Below are positions 38,497 to 50,641 of a DNA stretch of 64,000 nt, in pieces. The position numbers and the translations under genes were made by a program. The notes under the pieces were generated by a model. It was given only the letters and a program-made list of their open reading frames with translations, searched no databases and was not told the origin of the DNA. The stretch comes from an uncultured Candidatus Binatia bacterium (GTDB taxonomy: Bacteria; Desulfobacterota; Binatia; UBA9968; JAJDTQ01), in NCBI GenBank assembly GCA_965213675.1, contig OZ243916.1, forward strand, positions 1,696,001 through 1,760,000, read 5' to 3'. The stretch's first letter is position 1. Every line of letters begins with the position of its first letter.

Positions 38497-39272
38497 TGGC
38501 TGAAGCAGCGGTTGCAGAAAACGGAGCCCAAGCGAAAATGCGCGTATGGCGCGGCGACGGCGACGGCGGAGAGTTCAGGGATTACACCGTGCCGCTTCAG
38601 GAGGGCATGGTGGTGCTGGACGTGATCCACGCCATCCAGGCCATGCACGCCGGCGACCTCGCCGTGCGCTGGAACTGCAAGGCCGGGAAATGCGGCTCGT
38701 GCAGCGCCGAGGTCAATGGCAAGCCGCGGCTCATGTGCATGACACGGATGAACACGTTCGAACCCGGCGAGACCATCACCGTGGCGCCCATCAGGACCTT
38801 TCCGCTGATCCGGGACCTCGTCACCGACGTTTCCTACAACTACGAAAAGGCCAAGACCATCCCGCCGTTCAAGCCCAAGCCCAAGGAGGCCGACGGCACC
38901 CGGCGCATGTACCAGGAAGACATCGACCGGGTGCAGGAATTCCACAAGTGCATCGAGTGCTACCTGTGCCAGAACGTCTGCCACGTCATCCGCGATCATG
39001 ACGAGAACAAGCCGAGCTTCGCCGGGCCGCGCTTCTTCGTGCGCGTGGCGGGCCTGGAGATGCATCCGCTGGACACCGACGACCGGCTGGAATTCCTGCG
39101 CAACGAAGCCGGGCTGGGCTTCTGCAACATCACCAAGTGCTGCACCGAAGTCTGTCCCGAGAACATCAAGATCACCGACAACTCCATCATCCCCATGAAG
39201 GAGCGCGTGGTGACCCGGTTCTACGACCCCATCGCGCGTCTGCTTGGGGCGCTGGGCGGGAAGAAGTCCTGA
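38496..39272 (+). CDS. sdhB: Succinate dehydrogenase iron-sulfur subunit (Sdh1-like)
   Basis: RWNCKAGKCGSC, CIECYLCQNVC, CNITKCCTEVCP. Confidence 0.93.
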   Translation: MAEAAVAENGAQAKMRVWRGDGDGGEFRDYTVPLQEGMVVLDVIHAIQAMHAGDLAVRWNCKAGKCGSCSAEVNGKPRLMCMTRMNTFEPGETITVAPIRTFPLIRDLVTDVSYNYEKAKTIPPFKPKPKEADGTRRMYQEDIDRVQEFHKCIECYLCQNVCHVIRDHDENKPSFAGPRFFVRVAGLEMHPLDTDDRLEFLRNEAGLGFCNITKCCTEVCPENIKITDNSIIPMKERVVTRFYDPIARLLGALGGKKS

Positions 39273-39274
39273 CG

Positions 39275-39500
39275 CCCTCTCCAGCCGCGAGCGGGAGAAT
39301 GGCGCCAACTGCACCAACGGCAGCGGGGTTGAGCCGCGTCCCCGCGTTCGCGGGAATGACGTTTCGCAGGACGTGCGTTCGGATCACTCTTCACCAACTT
39401 TTTTCAACATTGGGTGCACGCAGCGAAGCCTGTCCTGAGCCTGGGAGCCTCGGAGCCTGGCCAAGGGCTCAGAACAGGCTTCGCCAGGTTGAAGGACGCC
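39275..39500. repeat. Cluster of degenerate palindromic repeat fragments
   Basis: CCCGCGTTCGCGGGAATGAC (39341-39360); GAAGCCTGTCCTGAGCC...GGCTCAGAACAGGCTTCG inverted repeat (~39425-39484). Confidence 0.5.
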
Positions 39501-39503
39501 GTA

Positions 39504-40286
39504 ATGCCCATTGAACTGTCAGAACGGGTAGCGCTGGTCACCGGCGGCGGCACGGGCATCGGCAAGGCGGTGGCCCGGGCCATGGCGCAGGAAGGCGCAC
39601 GGGTCGTTCTCGCCGCGCGTGACGGGACACGCCTGGAGGCGACCGCGCGGGAACTGCGCGCCGAGGGGCATTCGGTGCTGCCGGTTCCCGTGGACGTGAG
39701 AGACCGGGCCAGCGGGCGCGATTGCGTGGCCGCGATCCGGGAGCACTGGGGCCGGGTGGACATCCTGGTGAACAACGCCGGGGTCTCGGGGATGACGCCC
39801 ATGGACGGCGAAGACGACGGCCTCTGGCGCGCCATCGTCGACACGAACCTCACCGGCGTGTACCTGCTGACCAAGGAAGTGCTGGGCATCATGAACGACG
39901 ACGGCCGCGGCCGCATCATCAACATGTCCTCGGTTCTGGGGAAGTTCGGCGTCCCGGGCTATGCCGCCTATTGCGCCAGCAAGCACGGGCTCATCGGCTT
40001 CACCCGGGCGCTGGCGCTGGAAGTCGTGTCCCGCGGCATTACCGTCAACGCCCTGTGTCCGGGATGGGTGGACACCGAGATGTCCCGCGCAGGCATCGAG
40101 CAGATTGCCGCGCAACAGGGGACCGATCCGGCGTCCTTCAAGCAACAGGCGCTGGCCGCGGTGCCGATCCGGCGGTTTCTCGAACCGGAGGAAATCGCCC
40201 GGTTCGCAGTCTATCTTGCGTCCGACAAGGCCTCCGGCATCACCGGGCAGGCCCTCAACATCTGCGGCGGGCAGACAATGGTGTAA
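39504..40286 (+). CDS. Short-chain dehydrogenase/reductase (SDR)
   Basis: TGGGTGIG, NNAG, YCASKHG, CPGWVDT. Confidence 0.92.
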   Translation: MPIELSERVALVTGGGTGIGKAVARAMAQEGARVVLAARDGTRLEATARELRAEGHSVLPVPVDVRDRASGRDCVAAIREHWGRVDILVNNAGVSGMTPMDGEDDGLWRAIVDTNLTGVYLLTKEVLGIMNDDGRGRIINMSSVLGKFGVPGYAAYCASKHGLIGFTRALALEVVSRGITVNALCPGWVDTEMSRAGIEQIAAQQGTDPASFKQQALAAVPIRRFLEPEEIARFAVYLASDKASGITGQALNICGGQTMV

Positions 40287-40289
40287 CCG

Positions 40290-41108
40290 ATGACCATCCC
40301 CGAACTCGAAGCCATAGCCAGGGACATCAGGGTCGACGTGATCCGAATGCTGGTGGAAGCGGGCTCCGGTCACCCGGGCGGCTCGCTGTCCTGCACGGAC
40401 ATGGTCACGGCGCTCTACTTCCACCAGATGCGCCACCGCCCGAAACAGCCGGACTGGCCCGACCGGGATCGCTTCGTGCTCTCCAAGGGCCACTGCGTCC
40501 CCGCGGTGTACGCCGCCCTGGCCCAAGCCGGCTACTTCCCGCGTGAGGAGCTGCTGAGCCTGCGCAAACTCGACAGCCGCATGCAGGGGCATCCCGACCG
40601 CCATCGCTTCCCTTATGTCGAGGCCTCCACCGGCTCTCTCGGACAGGGCTTGTCCGTGGCCCTGGGCATGGCGCTGGCGGGCAAGACCGGCGGCCAGGAT
40701 TTCCGCGTCTACTGCGTCATCAGCGACGGCGAGTGCCAGGCCGGGCAGATCTGGGAAGCGGCCATGTCCGCGCCCCGGTTCGGCCTCGACAACCTTTGCG
40801 TGCTCATGGACTACAACCACATCCAGTTGAGCGGCGGGACCGATGAGATCATGAGCCTGGAGCCGGTGCTGGACAAGTGGCGCGCCTTCAACTGGAACAC
40901 CCTGGAGATCGACGGCCACAGCTTCCCCGCCATCCTCGACGCCCTCAAGGCCGCTGAACAGCACCGCGACGGCCCCACCATGATCGTGTGCCAGACCGTC
41001 AAGGGCAAAGGAGTCAGCTTCATGGAGAACCGCTGGGAATGGCACGGCAAGGCTCCCAGCCGCGAGGAAGGCGAACGCGCCATCGCGGAGATCGCCAACG
41101 GTTCGTAA
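40290..41108 (+). CDS. Transketolase, N-terminal (ThDP-binding) subunit
   Basis: GSGHPGGSLS, DRFVLSKGH, STGSLGQG, SDGECQAG, WHGKAP. Confidence 0.93.
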   Translation: MTIPELEAIARDIRVDVIRMLVEAGSGHPGGSLSCTDMVTALYFHQMRHRPKQPDWPDRDRFVLSKGHCVPAVYAALAQAGYFPREELLSLRKLDSRMQGHPDRHRFPYVEASTGSLGQGLSVALGMALAGKTGGQDFRVYCVISDGECQAGQIWEAAMSAPRFGLDNLCVLMDYNHIQLSGGTDEIMSLEPVLDKWRAFNWNTLEIDGHSFPAILDALKAAEQHRDGPTMIVCQTVKGKGVSFMENRWEWHGKAPSREEGERAIAEIANGS

Positions 41109-41125
41109 GCCAGTGACCCGCCCAT

Positions 41126-41148
41126 GGGCGGCCGCCGGTCGCCCCTAC
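41126..41148 (-). repeat. GTAG-type REP sequence
   Basis: Minus strand GTAG-GGGCGACC-GGC-GGCCGCCC (GTAG head plus GC palindrome), between the transketolase genes. Confidence 0.45.
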
Positions 41149-41174
41149 GAATGGCCGCAGCAAGGAAAACACAC

Positions 41175-42098
41175 ATGAGCGCAACCGCCACACGCGTGAC
41201 CTTCGGCGAGACCGTGACCCGTCTCGCCGAAACCAACCCCGACATCGTCGTCCTCGACGCCGACCTGCGCAAGTCCACCATGACCGACGAATTCTCACGC
41301 AAGCACCCGGAGCGGTTCTTCGACGTGGGCATCGCCGAAGGCAACATGGTGGGGGTCGGCGCCGGCATGGCCCTGGCCGGCAAGATCCCGTTCATCTGCA
41401 GCTTTGCCTGCTTCGTGGTCGGCCGCTTCGAACAGATCCGCATGGCCGTGGCCTACAACCGCGCCAACGTGAAGATCGTCGGCACCCACGCCGGCATCGG
41501 CATCGGCGAGGACGGCTACAGCCAGATGGCCACCGAGGATGTGGGCCTCATGCGCACACTGCCCAACATGGCCGTGGTGCAACCCGCCGACGCCATCGAA
41601 ACCCGCGGCGCCGTGGAGTACCTCGCGCAACACGACGGCCCCGTCTTCCTCCGCCTCACCCGCCAGAAGGTCGCCGACGTCAACGGCGAGGGCTACGAGT
41701 TCCGCTTCGGCAAGGCTGTGGTACTGCGGGAAGGCACGGACGTATCGCTGGTGGGCACCGGCGCCGTCATGGAGAACATCCTCAAGGCCGCCGGCCAACT
41801 CGCCGCCCAAGGCATCTCCGCCCAGGTGGTCAACATCCACACCCTCAAGCCCCTCGACACCGGGTTCATCGAATCCATTGCCTCAAGCCACGGCAAAATC
41901 GTCACCGTCGAAGACCACGGCATCCACGGCGGCCTCGGCAGCGCCGTCTCCGAAACCGTGGCCGAGCTGGGCCGCGGCCGCGTCCGCCGCGTCGGCGTCA
42001 CCGAATTCGCCGAGTCCGGCGACGCAGAGGGGTTGTACGGGAAGTACGGGTTGTCCGCCGAGCACATCCGCGCGGCGGCGGTGGGTCTCATGAAGTAG
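41175..42098 (+). CDS. Transketolase, C-terminal subunit
   Basis: LDADLRKST, VGIAEGNMVG, GEDGYSQ, TVEDH, GGLGSAV. Confidence 0.93.
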   Translation: MSATATRVTFGETVTRLAETNPDIVVLDADLRKSTMTDEFSRKHPERFFDVGIAEGNMVGVGAGMALAGKIPFICSFACFVVGRFEQIRMAVAYNRANVKIVGTHAGIGIGEDGYSQMATEDVGLMRTLPNMAVVQPADAIETRGAVEYLAQHDGPVFLRLTRQKVADVNGEGYEFRFGKAVVLREGTDVSLVGTGAVMENILKAAGQLAAQGISAQVVNIHTLKPLDTGFIESIASSHGKIVTVEDHGIHGGLGSAVSETVAELGRGRVRRVGVTEFAESGDAEGLYGKYGLSAEHIRAAAVGLMK

Positions 42099-42369
42099 CC
42101 GGGATTTCACGCCGGGGATCAGAACCGGGACCCACCGGACAACGACGATGATCGACATCGCCGGGACAGCCTACTGCTATGCCGGATCGCGGGAGAACAG
42201 TCTTCAGCAACTATGCGCCCGCGTGGAACAGATGCGCTACCGGACGTCTATCGCCCGAAATGCGGCATTGCATACGCCGGTTCTTCCGTAAAAAAACATT
42301 TCGTCCATAATTGCGATCCACAGTCGCAGAAGCCTGCGTAACGACAAGTTATTCAGGTCGATCCTCGGG

Positions 42370-42879
42370 CTACGCTTCGCCACCGCCCATTCCGGTCTCG
42401 GTACCACGAACTTCTGCCTCGCCCCCGTCCGGTCCATCCTCCGACACCACCTTCACCTTGATGCTGGGGGTGACCTCCGGACGCAGGCGGATGGGGACAT
42501 CGTACTCACCGACGCTCTTGATGGGGGCGTCCAGGAGGATGCGGCGGCGTTCGACGTCGACGCCCTGATCTTTCAGGGCCTTTTCGATGTCCATGTTGGT
42601 GACGGAGCCGAACAGCCGGCCTTCCTCGCCCGCCTTGACGGTGAACTCGAGGGAGACCCGGGAGAGTTGCTGACTGAGGCCTTGCGCTTCCTTGTTGAGG
42701 CGGTCGCGGCGCTGGGAGATCATGCGCTGCTCATGCTCCAGGGCCTTGAGGCTCTTCTTGTCGGCCCGCACGACGAGGCCGCGGGGGAGCAGGTAGTTGC
42801 GGGCGTAACCGTCCTTGACCTTGACCACTTCGCCCATGTGGCCGAGGTTCTCGATGTCTTCCTTCAGTACGACGTCCAT
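42370..42879 (-). CDS. rplI: 50S ribosomal protein L9
   Basis: LGHMGEVVKVKDGYARNYLLP, GRLFGSVT. Confidence 0.97.
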   Translation of the reverse strand: MDVVLKEDIENLGHMGEVVKVKDGYARNYLLPRGLVVRADKKSLKALEHEQRMISQRRDRLNKEAQGLSQQLSRVSLEFTVKAGEEGRLFGSVTNMDIEKALKDQGVDVERRRILLDAPIKSVGEYDVPIRLRPEVTPSIKVKVVSEDGPDGGEAEVRGTETGMGGGEA

Positions 42880-42889
42880 TGACTCTCCT

Positions 42890-43834
42890 TCAGGTCAGGC
42901 CCGCGGGGCGCCGCTTGAGACGACGGAAGTCGCCCCAGAGATCGAAGAACCCCAGGCCAATGACCAGCACCGTGAGTATCTGCTCGAAAATGATGAGCAG
43001 ATATCCCAGAACGCGAAAAAATATCGGGACCTTCTTGTAATGAAAGTAATACGACACGATGGCCAGACCGTGGAAGAAATAGAACACCGCGCAGATGAGC
43101 ACCAGATTCATGGCAAGCGCGCGCCACGCCACGCCCAGGGGAAGGAATAGCGCGATGCCCGGAGCCACCAGGAACCACACCATGTGGTCCGGCGACTTCC
43201 ATTCCTTGAGGTCCCCCACGTGGCAAAAGAACGAGCGATACTGTGGGAAATGCCACGACAACAGCGCCAGATTGGCCAGTACCATGACCACCAGCATGAA
43301 GAAGATCATACCCGGCAACATGCGCACGAAGAGCGCCGCCATGTCGCCCGCGTGTTCCCGGAGGTACGCAACGGTGTCCCCCGAGAGGCCCACGCGCTCG
43401 TACACTTCCAGGGTCATGAGCACCTGGGCCTCCGCGCCGGCCTGGAGCTCGGTCCACAACGAGGAAAACGAACCCGCCAACGCGGCCGCGGTCACCAGCA
43501 TGGCCGCCACCGTCACGCCCGCGGTCCCGCCCACCAACGTCGCGAGGTTCCAACCCCTCCCAAAGGAGAAGAAGAGCAGATACGTGACCAGCGCAAACAC
43601 GAGGTATGCGGCCACGGCTTCCGATCCTGCCAGGGCGTAAACGCACAGAGCGACCGCTACCGGCAGCAGTTGTCCCGGCTGACGCCCGAACCGGACGCCC
43701 ACGAACAGCGCTGGATAGATGACGAGGGGCACCGCCGCGAGCCCAAGAAAGGGTACCCTCAGCCCCGCAATGAAGAGCAGCAGGGTCGTGGCCAGTCCCA
43801 GCCCGAACCCGGTGAGAGTGTCCAGCCCTTTCAT
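42890..43834 (-). CDS. DUF2232/YybS family membrane protein
   Basis: Multi-TM hydrophobic protein, GLGFFDLWGDFRR C-terminus, conserved position between rpsR and rplI. Confidence 0.85.
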   Translation of the reverse strand: MKGLDTLTGFGLGLATTLLLFIAGLRVPFLGLAAVPLVIYPALFVGVRFGRQPGQLLPVAVALCVYALAGSEAVAAYLVFALVTYLLFFSFGRGWNLATLVGGTAGVTVAAMLVTAAALAGSFSSLWTELQAGAEAQVLMTLEVYERVGLSGDTVAYLREHAGDMAALFVRMLPGMIFFMLVVMVLANLALLSWHFPQYRSFFCHVGDLKEWKSPDHMVWFLVAPGIALFLPLGVAWRALAMNLVLICAVFYFFHGLAIVSYYFHYKKVPIFFRVLGYLLIIFEQILTVLVIGLGFFDLWGDFRRLKRRPAGLT

Positions 43835-43865
43835 ACGCCGATCTCCGGAGGGCCAAGGCGCCGGG

Positions 43866-44147
43866 TCAGAGCTTGACGGTGGTATAGGGAAGTAACGCTA
43901 CCAGGCGGGCGCGCTTGATCGCTCTTGCCAATCGTCGTTGACACCAGCAACAGGTTCCGGTGATGCGGCTCGGGGTGATCTTGCCTCGTTCCGTCATGAA
44001 CCCGCTAAGGAGCTTGGTGTCCTTGTAGTCGAAGCGCAGGTCCTTGTTGGCGCAGAAACGGCACACTTTCCGGCGCGATGGGCCGCCACGCCGACGCGGC
44101 GGGCCGTCGCCACCACCCGAACCTCTTCTCCCACGATATTCTGCCAT
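43866..44147 (-). CDS. rpsR: 30S ribosomal protein S18
   Basis: [35 protein letters not shown]. Confidence 0.97.
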   Translation of the reverse strand: MAEYRGRRGSGGGDGPPRRRGGPSRRKVCRFCANKDLRFDYKDTKLLSGFMTERGKITPSRITGTCCWCQRRLARAIKRARLVALLPYTTVKL

Positions 44148-44204
44148 TATCCCTCAGTTCGTCCCGCAGTTCCTGTTCGTCGGTACCACGCCGCGGGGAA
44201 GGCG

Positions 44205-44711
44205 CTATTCCTTCGACTCTTCCTGCACGTTCTCTGCCGGCTGCCCGGCTGCGGGCGATGACACCGGCGTTTCCGACGCCGGCGTTTCCGCGGACACATC
44301 CGCCGCGACCGCGGGCACCGCCGCCGGTTCGGGCACCGCGGGCGGTTCCGCTTCAACCGCCTGCGCCGTGTCCGGCGCTCCCGCGGCTTCGTCGGGGCGC
44401 GCAAGGGAAAGCACGTCATCGTCGAGCACCACGGTCATGCAGCGCATGACCTCGTCGCTCAGCCGCATCACGCGTTCAAGCTCGCCGCTCGTGCCCGCGG
44501 ACGCCTGATACTGCACCAGATTGTAGAACCCCCGGCTCTGCTTTTCGATGGGATAGGCGAGGTCGCGCAAACCCCATTCCTCGAAGTGCGTCACCGTGGC
44601 GCCCTGTCCTTCCAACACCCCCCGGAAGCGGTCGCAAAGGTCCTTGCTCCTGCCGCTGTGAACCGGATGGATGATGAAGAGCGTCTCGTAATGGGTCGTT
44701 TCGTCAGTCAT
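44205..44711 (-). CDS. rpsF: 30S ribosomal protein S6 with acidic/Ala-Pro tail
   Basis: YETLFIIHP, EEWGLRDLAYPIEK, GFY. Confidence 0.95.
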   Translation of the reverse strand: MTDETTHYETLFIIHPVHSGRSKDLCDRFRGVLEGQGATVTHFEEWGLRDLAYPIEKQSRGFYNLVQYQASAGTSGELERVMRLSDEVMRCMTVVLDDDVLSLARPDEAAGAPDTAQAVEAEPPAVPEPAAVPAVAADVSAETPASETPVSSPAAGQPAENVQEESKE

Positions 44712-44795
44712 GGTCGGTGAAGATTGTCTGAAACCGCTGGTCTCGAACTGTTCGTCCGAACTTGTTGTCCGATGGCTTTCCGCGCCCCAACATCT

Positions 44796-44824
44796 GAAAT
44801 GGCGCCCCTTGAGGACGCCATTTC
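44796..44824. terminator. Hairpin between hppA and rpsF (possible terminator)
   Basis: GAAATGGCG...CGCCATTTC inverted repeat; only a short U tract. Confidence 0.4.
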
Positions 44825-44881
44825 CACGGATACGGGCCTCATTTACCTAGCACACGGGCAGGCCCTTTACAACCATCCACC

Positions 44882-46930
<2,049 letters not shown>

Positions 46931-46984
46931 AACGCCTCCTCTAGCGTCGTGTCCGGCCACTTGTTCGCATGACGCAGACACCAA

Positions 46985-47551
46985 CTATGCAACTCGGTTG
47001 AACTTTTCCATGGCCCTTGCCGGGCCCTCGAACACGATGGTTTCCACGGCATCCACGGCCCGGGTCAACACGCCGTCCAACGCGCCCTCTTCCTCGGGCG
47101 AGAAGCGGCTTAGTACGTAATCCACCGCATCCACGCCGGCCGGCGGACGGCCGATGCCCATGCGCAGCCGGACGAAATCACGGTCGGCGACGTACTGCAG
47201 GATCGACGCCAAGCCCCGATGACCGCCAGCGGAGCCGCCGCAACGGATGCGCAAGCGTCCGAACGGCAGGTCCAGATCATCGTAGGCCACCACCAGATCC
47301 GCGCCGCGGACCTGGAAACGCTTCGCCAGCGCCGCGGCCGCCAAGCCGCTGTTGTTCATGTAGGTCTGAGGCTTGGCCAGCGCCAGAGATTCCCGGTCCC
47401 ACCGGCCCCTGCCCACCAGAGACTCGCAACGCTCGTCGTCGATGCGCGTGTCCGTGGCGCCGGCAACGCGATCCAGCAGCAGAAACCCCAGGTTGTGCCG
47501 CGTGCGCGCATAACGCCGGCCCGGGTTGCCCAGGCCCACGATGAGCTTCAC
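46985..47551 (-). CDS. pth: Peptidyl-tRNA hydrolase
   Basis: GLGNPG, TRHNLGF, KPQTYMNNSG, DDLDLP, GGHRG. Confidence 0.97.
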   Translation of the reverse strand: MKLIVGLGNPGRRYARTRHNLGFLLLDRVAGATDTRIDDERCESLVGRGRWDRESLALAKPQTYMNNSGLAAAALAKRFQVRGADLVVAYDDLDLPFGRLRIRCGGSAGGHRGLASILQYVADRDFVRLRMGIGRPPAGVDAVDYVLSRFSPEEEGALDGVLTRAVDAVETIVFEGPARAMEKFNRVA

Positions 47552-47612
47552 TACGATGTCCTGAAATGGAAACGCACGCCGCCGCGCCGCCTGCCGGTCC
47601 CGTCCGCCGGGA

Positions 47613-48245
47613 TCACTCTTCGGTCTGCTCCGCCGTGCCCTCGGCGCCTTCCGCCGGTTCCTCCGCCTCGTCCTCTTCCCGTGTGGAGACCGTCGGCGCC
47701 AGCACCGACACCAGGGTCAGGTCCGGAGTGTAGTTGGTGACATTGGGCGGCATCTCGATGTCGGCGACCCTGATGCTGTCTCCGATCCCCAGCGATGAAA
47801 CGTCCACTTCGATGTCCGCGGGAATGTCCAGCGGCAGGCACTCGACCTCCAGTTCCCGCATGATGGGCTGCAAGACCCCGCCCACCACCACGCCTTCGGC
47901 CCGTCCCACGAAATGGAGTCCCACCATCACGGTGATCTTCCTGGATACGTCCACCTCGTAGAAGTCGATGTGCGCGATGGCGTGGGTCACGGGGTTGTAC
48001 TGGATGTGCTTGATGAGCACGAGCTTGCCATCCACCGTGCCGGCCTCGGACTTGAGACGCAGCAAGTGCGAACCCTCCAGGTGTCCCACCCGGCGCCGCA
48101 GCTCCAGGTCGTCCACCTGTACCGCGAACCCTTCCGTGCCACGGCCGTAAACCACCCCCGGGAGCTTGCCGCCGCGACGCAGACGGCCGGCGTCGCGCTT
48201 GTTGCCAGCCTGCCTGGCCTCTACCGGTACTTCGACTGTTTCCAA
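47613..48245 (-). CDS. rplY: 50S ribosomal protein L25 / Ctc
   Basis: LRRGGKLPGVVYG, HIDFYEV, GVVVGG; TTG start after AGGAGG. Confidence 0.93.
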   Translation of the reverse strand: METVEVPVEARQAGNKRDAGRLRRGGKLPGVVYGRGTEGFAVQVDDLELRRRVGHLEGSHLLRLKSEAGTVDGKLVLIKHIQYNPVTHAIAHIDFYEVDVSRKITVMVGLHFVGRAEGVVVGGVLQPIMRELEVECLPLDIPADIEVDVSSLGIGDSIRVADIEMPPNVTNYTPDLTLVSVLAPTVSTREEDEAEEPAEGAEGTAEQTEE

Positions 48246-48274
48246 ACTGAACCTCCTGACTGAGAGCCGGTCGA

Positions 48275-49225
48275 TCAGAAAAGGGAGCTGATGGAACGCT
48301 CCAGGTGGGTGCGGCGGATGGCCTCGCCGATCAGGGACGCTACGGACAACGGCCTGAGCTTCGCGCACCTGACGATCTTGTCGCCGACGGGAATCGTGTC
48401 GGTCACGACCATCTCTTCCATGGGAGCATCGTTGATCCGGTCCAACGCCTTGCCCGAAAAGATGGCGTGGGTGCAGCAACCGATGACCTTGTTGGCGCCC
48501 GCGCGGATGAGCGCCTCGGCCGCCATGGCGATGGTCCCGGCCGTGTCCACCATGTCGTCCACCAGGATGGCGGTCTTGCCCTGGACCTCGCCGATGATGT
48601 TCATCTCCTCGACCACGTTGGCGTCGGCCCGGCGCTTGTCGATGACGGCCAGGGACACGTTCAGCTTCGTGGCGAAAGCGCGCGCCCGCTGGGCGCCGCC
48701 GGCGTCCGGAGACACGACGATCAGTTCCTCCCGCCCAGTCCGGCCGGCCATGTGCTGGAGCAACACCGGCGAAGCGTACAGGTTGTCCACGGGGATGTTG
48801 AAGAAACCCTGAATCTGCCCGGAATGCAGGTCCATGGTGAGCATCCGCGAGGCGCCGGCCGTGGTGATGAGATCGGCCACGAGCTTGGCGCTGATGGGCA
48901 CCCGGGGAGCGACCTTGCGGTCCTGCCGCGCGTAACCGTAGTAGGGAATCACGGCGGTAATGCGCTTGGCGGACGCGCGCTTGAACGCGTCCAGCATGAT
49001 CAGCAGCTCCATCAGGTTGTCGTTGCCCGGCGCGCAGGTGGATTGGATCACGAAGACGTCACAGCCGCGCACGTTCTCCTTGATCTCGACGCGAATCTCG
49101 CCATCGCTGAAGGTCTCGACAATGGCCTCTCCCAGCGGGATCTCGATGGAGCGGCCGATATCACGCGCCAGCGGGGGATTGGAGTTCCCCGCGAAGAGCC
49201 TCATTTCATCGTGCAACGATCCCAT
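48275..49225 (-). CDS. prs: Ribose-phosphate pyrophosphokinase
   Basis: FSDGE, PYYGYARQDRK, DLHSGQIQGFF, VSPDAGG, VDDMVDTAGT. Confidence 0.98.
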   Translation of the reverse strand: MGSLHDEMRLFAGNSNPPLARDIGRSIEIPLGEAIVETFSDGEIRVEIKENVRGCDVFVIQSTCAPGNDNLMELLIMLDAFKRASAKRITAVIPYYGYARQDRKVAPRVPISAKLVADLITTAGASRMLTMDLHSGQIQGFFNIPVDNLYASPVLLQHMAGRTGREELIVVSPDAGGAQRARAFATKLNVSLAVIDKRRADANVVEEMNIIGEVQGKTAILVDDMVDTAGTIAMAAEALIRAGANKVIGCCTHAIFSGKALDRINDAPMEEMVVTDTIPVGDKIVRCAKLRPLSVASLIGEAIRRTHLERSISSLF

Positions 49226-49339
49226 GGACTACCTGCGTCGGTCTGGAACACGGACTTGAAAATGCGCCGGCGGTTGCGTACCGTCACCGCGGGTTTGGAA
49301 TCCGCTCTTTGCGCCGGCTCATGGCGAGAGAGAGAAGCT

Positions 49340-49414
49340 TGGCTGGGCGGGAAGGATTCGAACCTTCGAATACCGGATCCAAAATCCGGGGCCTTACCAC
49401 TTGGCGACCGCCCA
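49340..49414 (-). tRNA. tRNA-Gln(TTG)
   Basis: Minus strand TGGGCGGTCGCCAAGTGGTAAGGC-CCGGA-TTTTGGA-TCCGG-TATTCGAAGGTTCGAATCCTTCCCGCCCAGCCA; anticodon TTG, encoded CCA; usual position upstream of prs. Confidence 0.95.
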
Positions 49415-49448
49415 CCCGTCCCGTTGGCGTCCAGAAACCTCGGGACGC

Positions 49449-49733
49449 CTAATGGCCGTCCCGGTTCTGATCCGTTTCGCTCGATACGATTTCCCTGTAT
49501 TCGGCGATGATCCTTTCTTCGAGCATCCGCCGGGTCGCACTGTTGAGTGGATGCGCCACGTCCTTGTACGTGCCATCGCGCCTCTTCTTGCTCGGCATCG
49601 AAACGAAAAGACCCGAGGTCCCGTGAATCACCTTGATGTCACGCACCACGAAGCAATCGTCCAGGGTGATGGTCACATAAGCCTTGAGCTTATCCTCCTC
49701 CACGGGAAAGACCTTGACTTCCGTGACCTCCAC
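49449..49733 (-). CDS. spoVG: SpoVG family nucleic-acid-binding protein
   Basis: KLKAYVTITLDDCFVVRDIKVI, GLFVSMPS, YKDVAHPLN. Confidence 0.93.
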   Translation of the reverse strand: MEVTEVKVFPVEEDKLKAYVTITLDDCFVVRDIKVIHGTSGLFVSMPSKKRRDGTYKDVAHPLNSATRRMLEERIIAEYREIVSSETDQNRDGH

Positions 49734-49771
49734 AGGGACCTCCTTTCCGCCGTGCGACGGATGGTTTGCCC

Positions 49772-50620
49772 TTATGTCAGCGAAAAAGCCAGATACGCCC
49801 GGACGTCTTTTTCGCTCCTGAAGCCCGTGAATGCCCTTGTCGCCCGCGCCTCGTCGGCGAAAACGCCGAAAACCGCCGAGCCGCTTCCGCTCATGAGACT
49901 GCCGATTGCCCCCCTGTCGTTCAGTCGCTGTTTGAGGTGAGCAATGCGCGGATAACGGCTGACGGTCACCACTTCGAGGTCGTTCATCATGACCCGAGCC
50001 ACTTCGTGAGGAGTGCCCAAGTTTCCAACCAAGTTATTATTATCCGGAGATTTTGTCAACTTGAGCCGGAAGTTGCGGTAGGCCCAGGCCGTGGACACCG
50101 CGAAGCCGGGGAACAGCACCACCAGCCACAGTCGCGGCAGCGCGTTCACCGGGGTCAGCCGCTCGCCGATCCCGCGGGCGCGGGCGGCCGCGCCGCGAAT
50201 GAAGAACGGCACGTCCGCGCCCACCGTCAGCGCCAACGCCTCGAGATCCCCGGCGGTCAGGCCGGCGCCGAACAGGTCGTTCAAACCACGCAGGGTGGCC
50301 GCGGCGTCGGTGCTGCCGCCGCCAAGCCCGGCGCCCATGGGGATACGCTTGCGGATGCGTACGGCGACGGGCTCGCGGCGCCCCGTGCGATCCTGGAACG
50401 CCCGGGCAGCGCGCAGAACGGTATTGTCCTCGCCCAGAGGAATGGCCGGATCGTCCGCGCGCACGGTGACCGAGCCCGGCGCACCGCTGGAAAGCGCCAC
50501 CTCCACTTCATCCCCCAGGCTGATGGGCGCCATCAGGGTGTCCAGCAGGTGGTAGCCGTCGTCGCGGCGACCCTCGATGCGAAGGTACAAATTGATCTTG
50601 GCGGGGGCGAACAGTTTCAT
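49772..50620 (-). CDS. ispE: 4-diphosphocytidyl-2-C-methyl-D-erythritol kinase
   Basis: APAKINLYL, RRDDGYH, IPMGAGLGGGSTDAA, GADVPFF, MSGSGS. Confidence 0.97.
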   Translation of the reverse strand: MKLFAPAKINLYLRIEGRRDDGYHLLDTLMAPISLGDEVEVALSSGAPGSVTVRADDPAIPLGEDNTVLRAARAFQDRTGRREPVAVRIRKRIPMGAGLGGGSTDAAATLRGLNDLFGAGLTAGDLEALALTVGADVPFFIRGAAARARGIGERLTPVNALPRLWLVVLFPGFAVSTAWAYRNFRLKLTKSPDNNNLVGNLGTPHEVARVMMNDLEVVTVSRYPRIAHLKQRLNDRGAIGSLMSGSGSAVFGVFADEARATRAFTGFRSEKDVRAYLAFSLT

Positions 50621-50641
50621 GCGGCCTGCCGCCGTGCGGCG

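Noticed and set aside
42099-42369. Possible dnaB remnant or ncRNA after rplI
   Set aside because: No DnaB-like translation and no convincing structure; treated as the spacer between convergent genes
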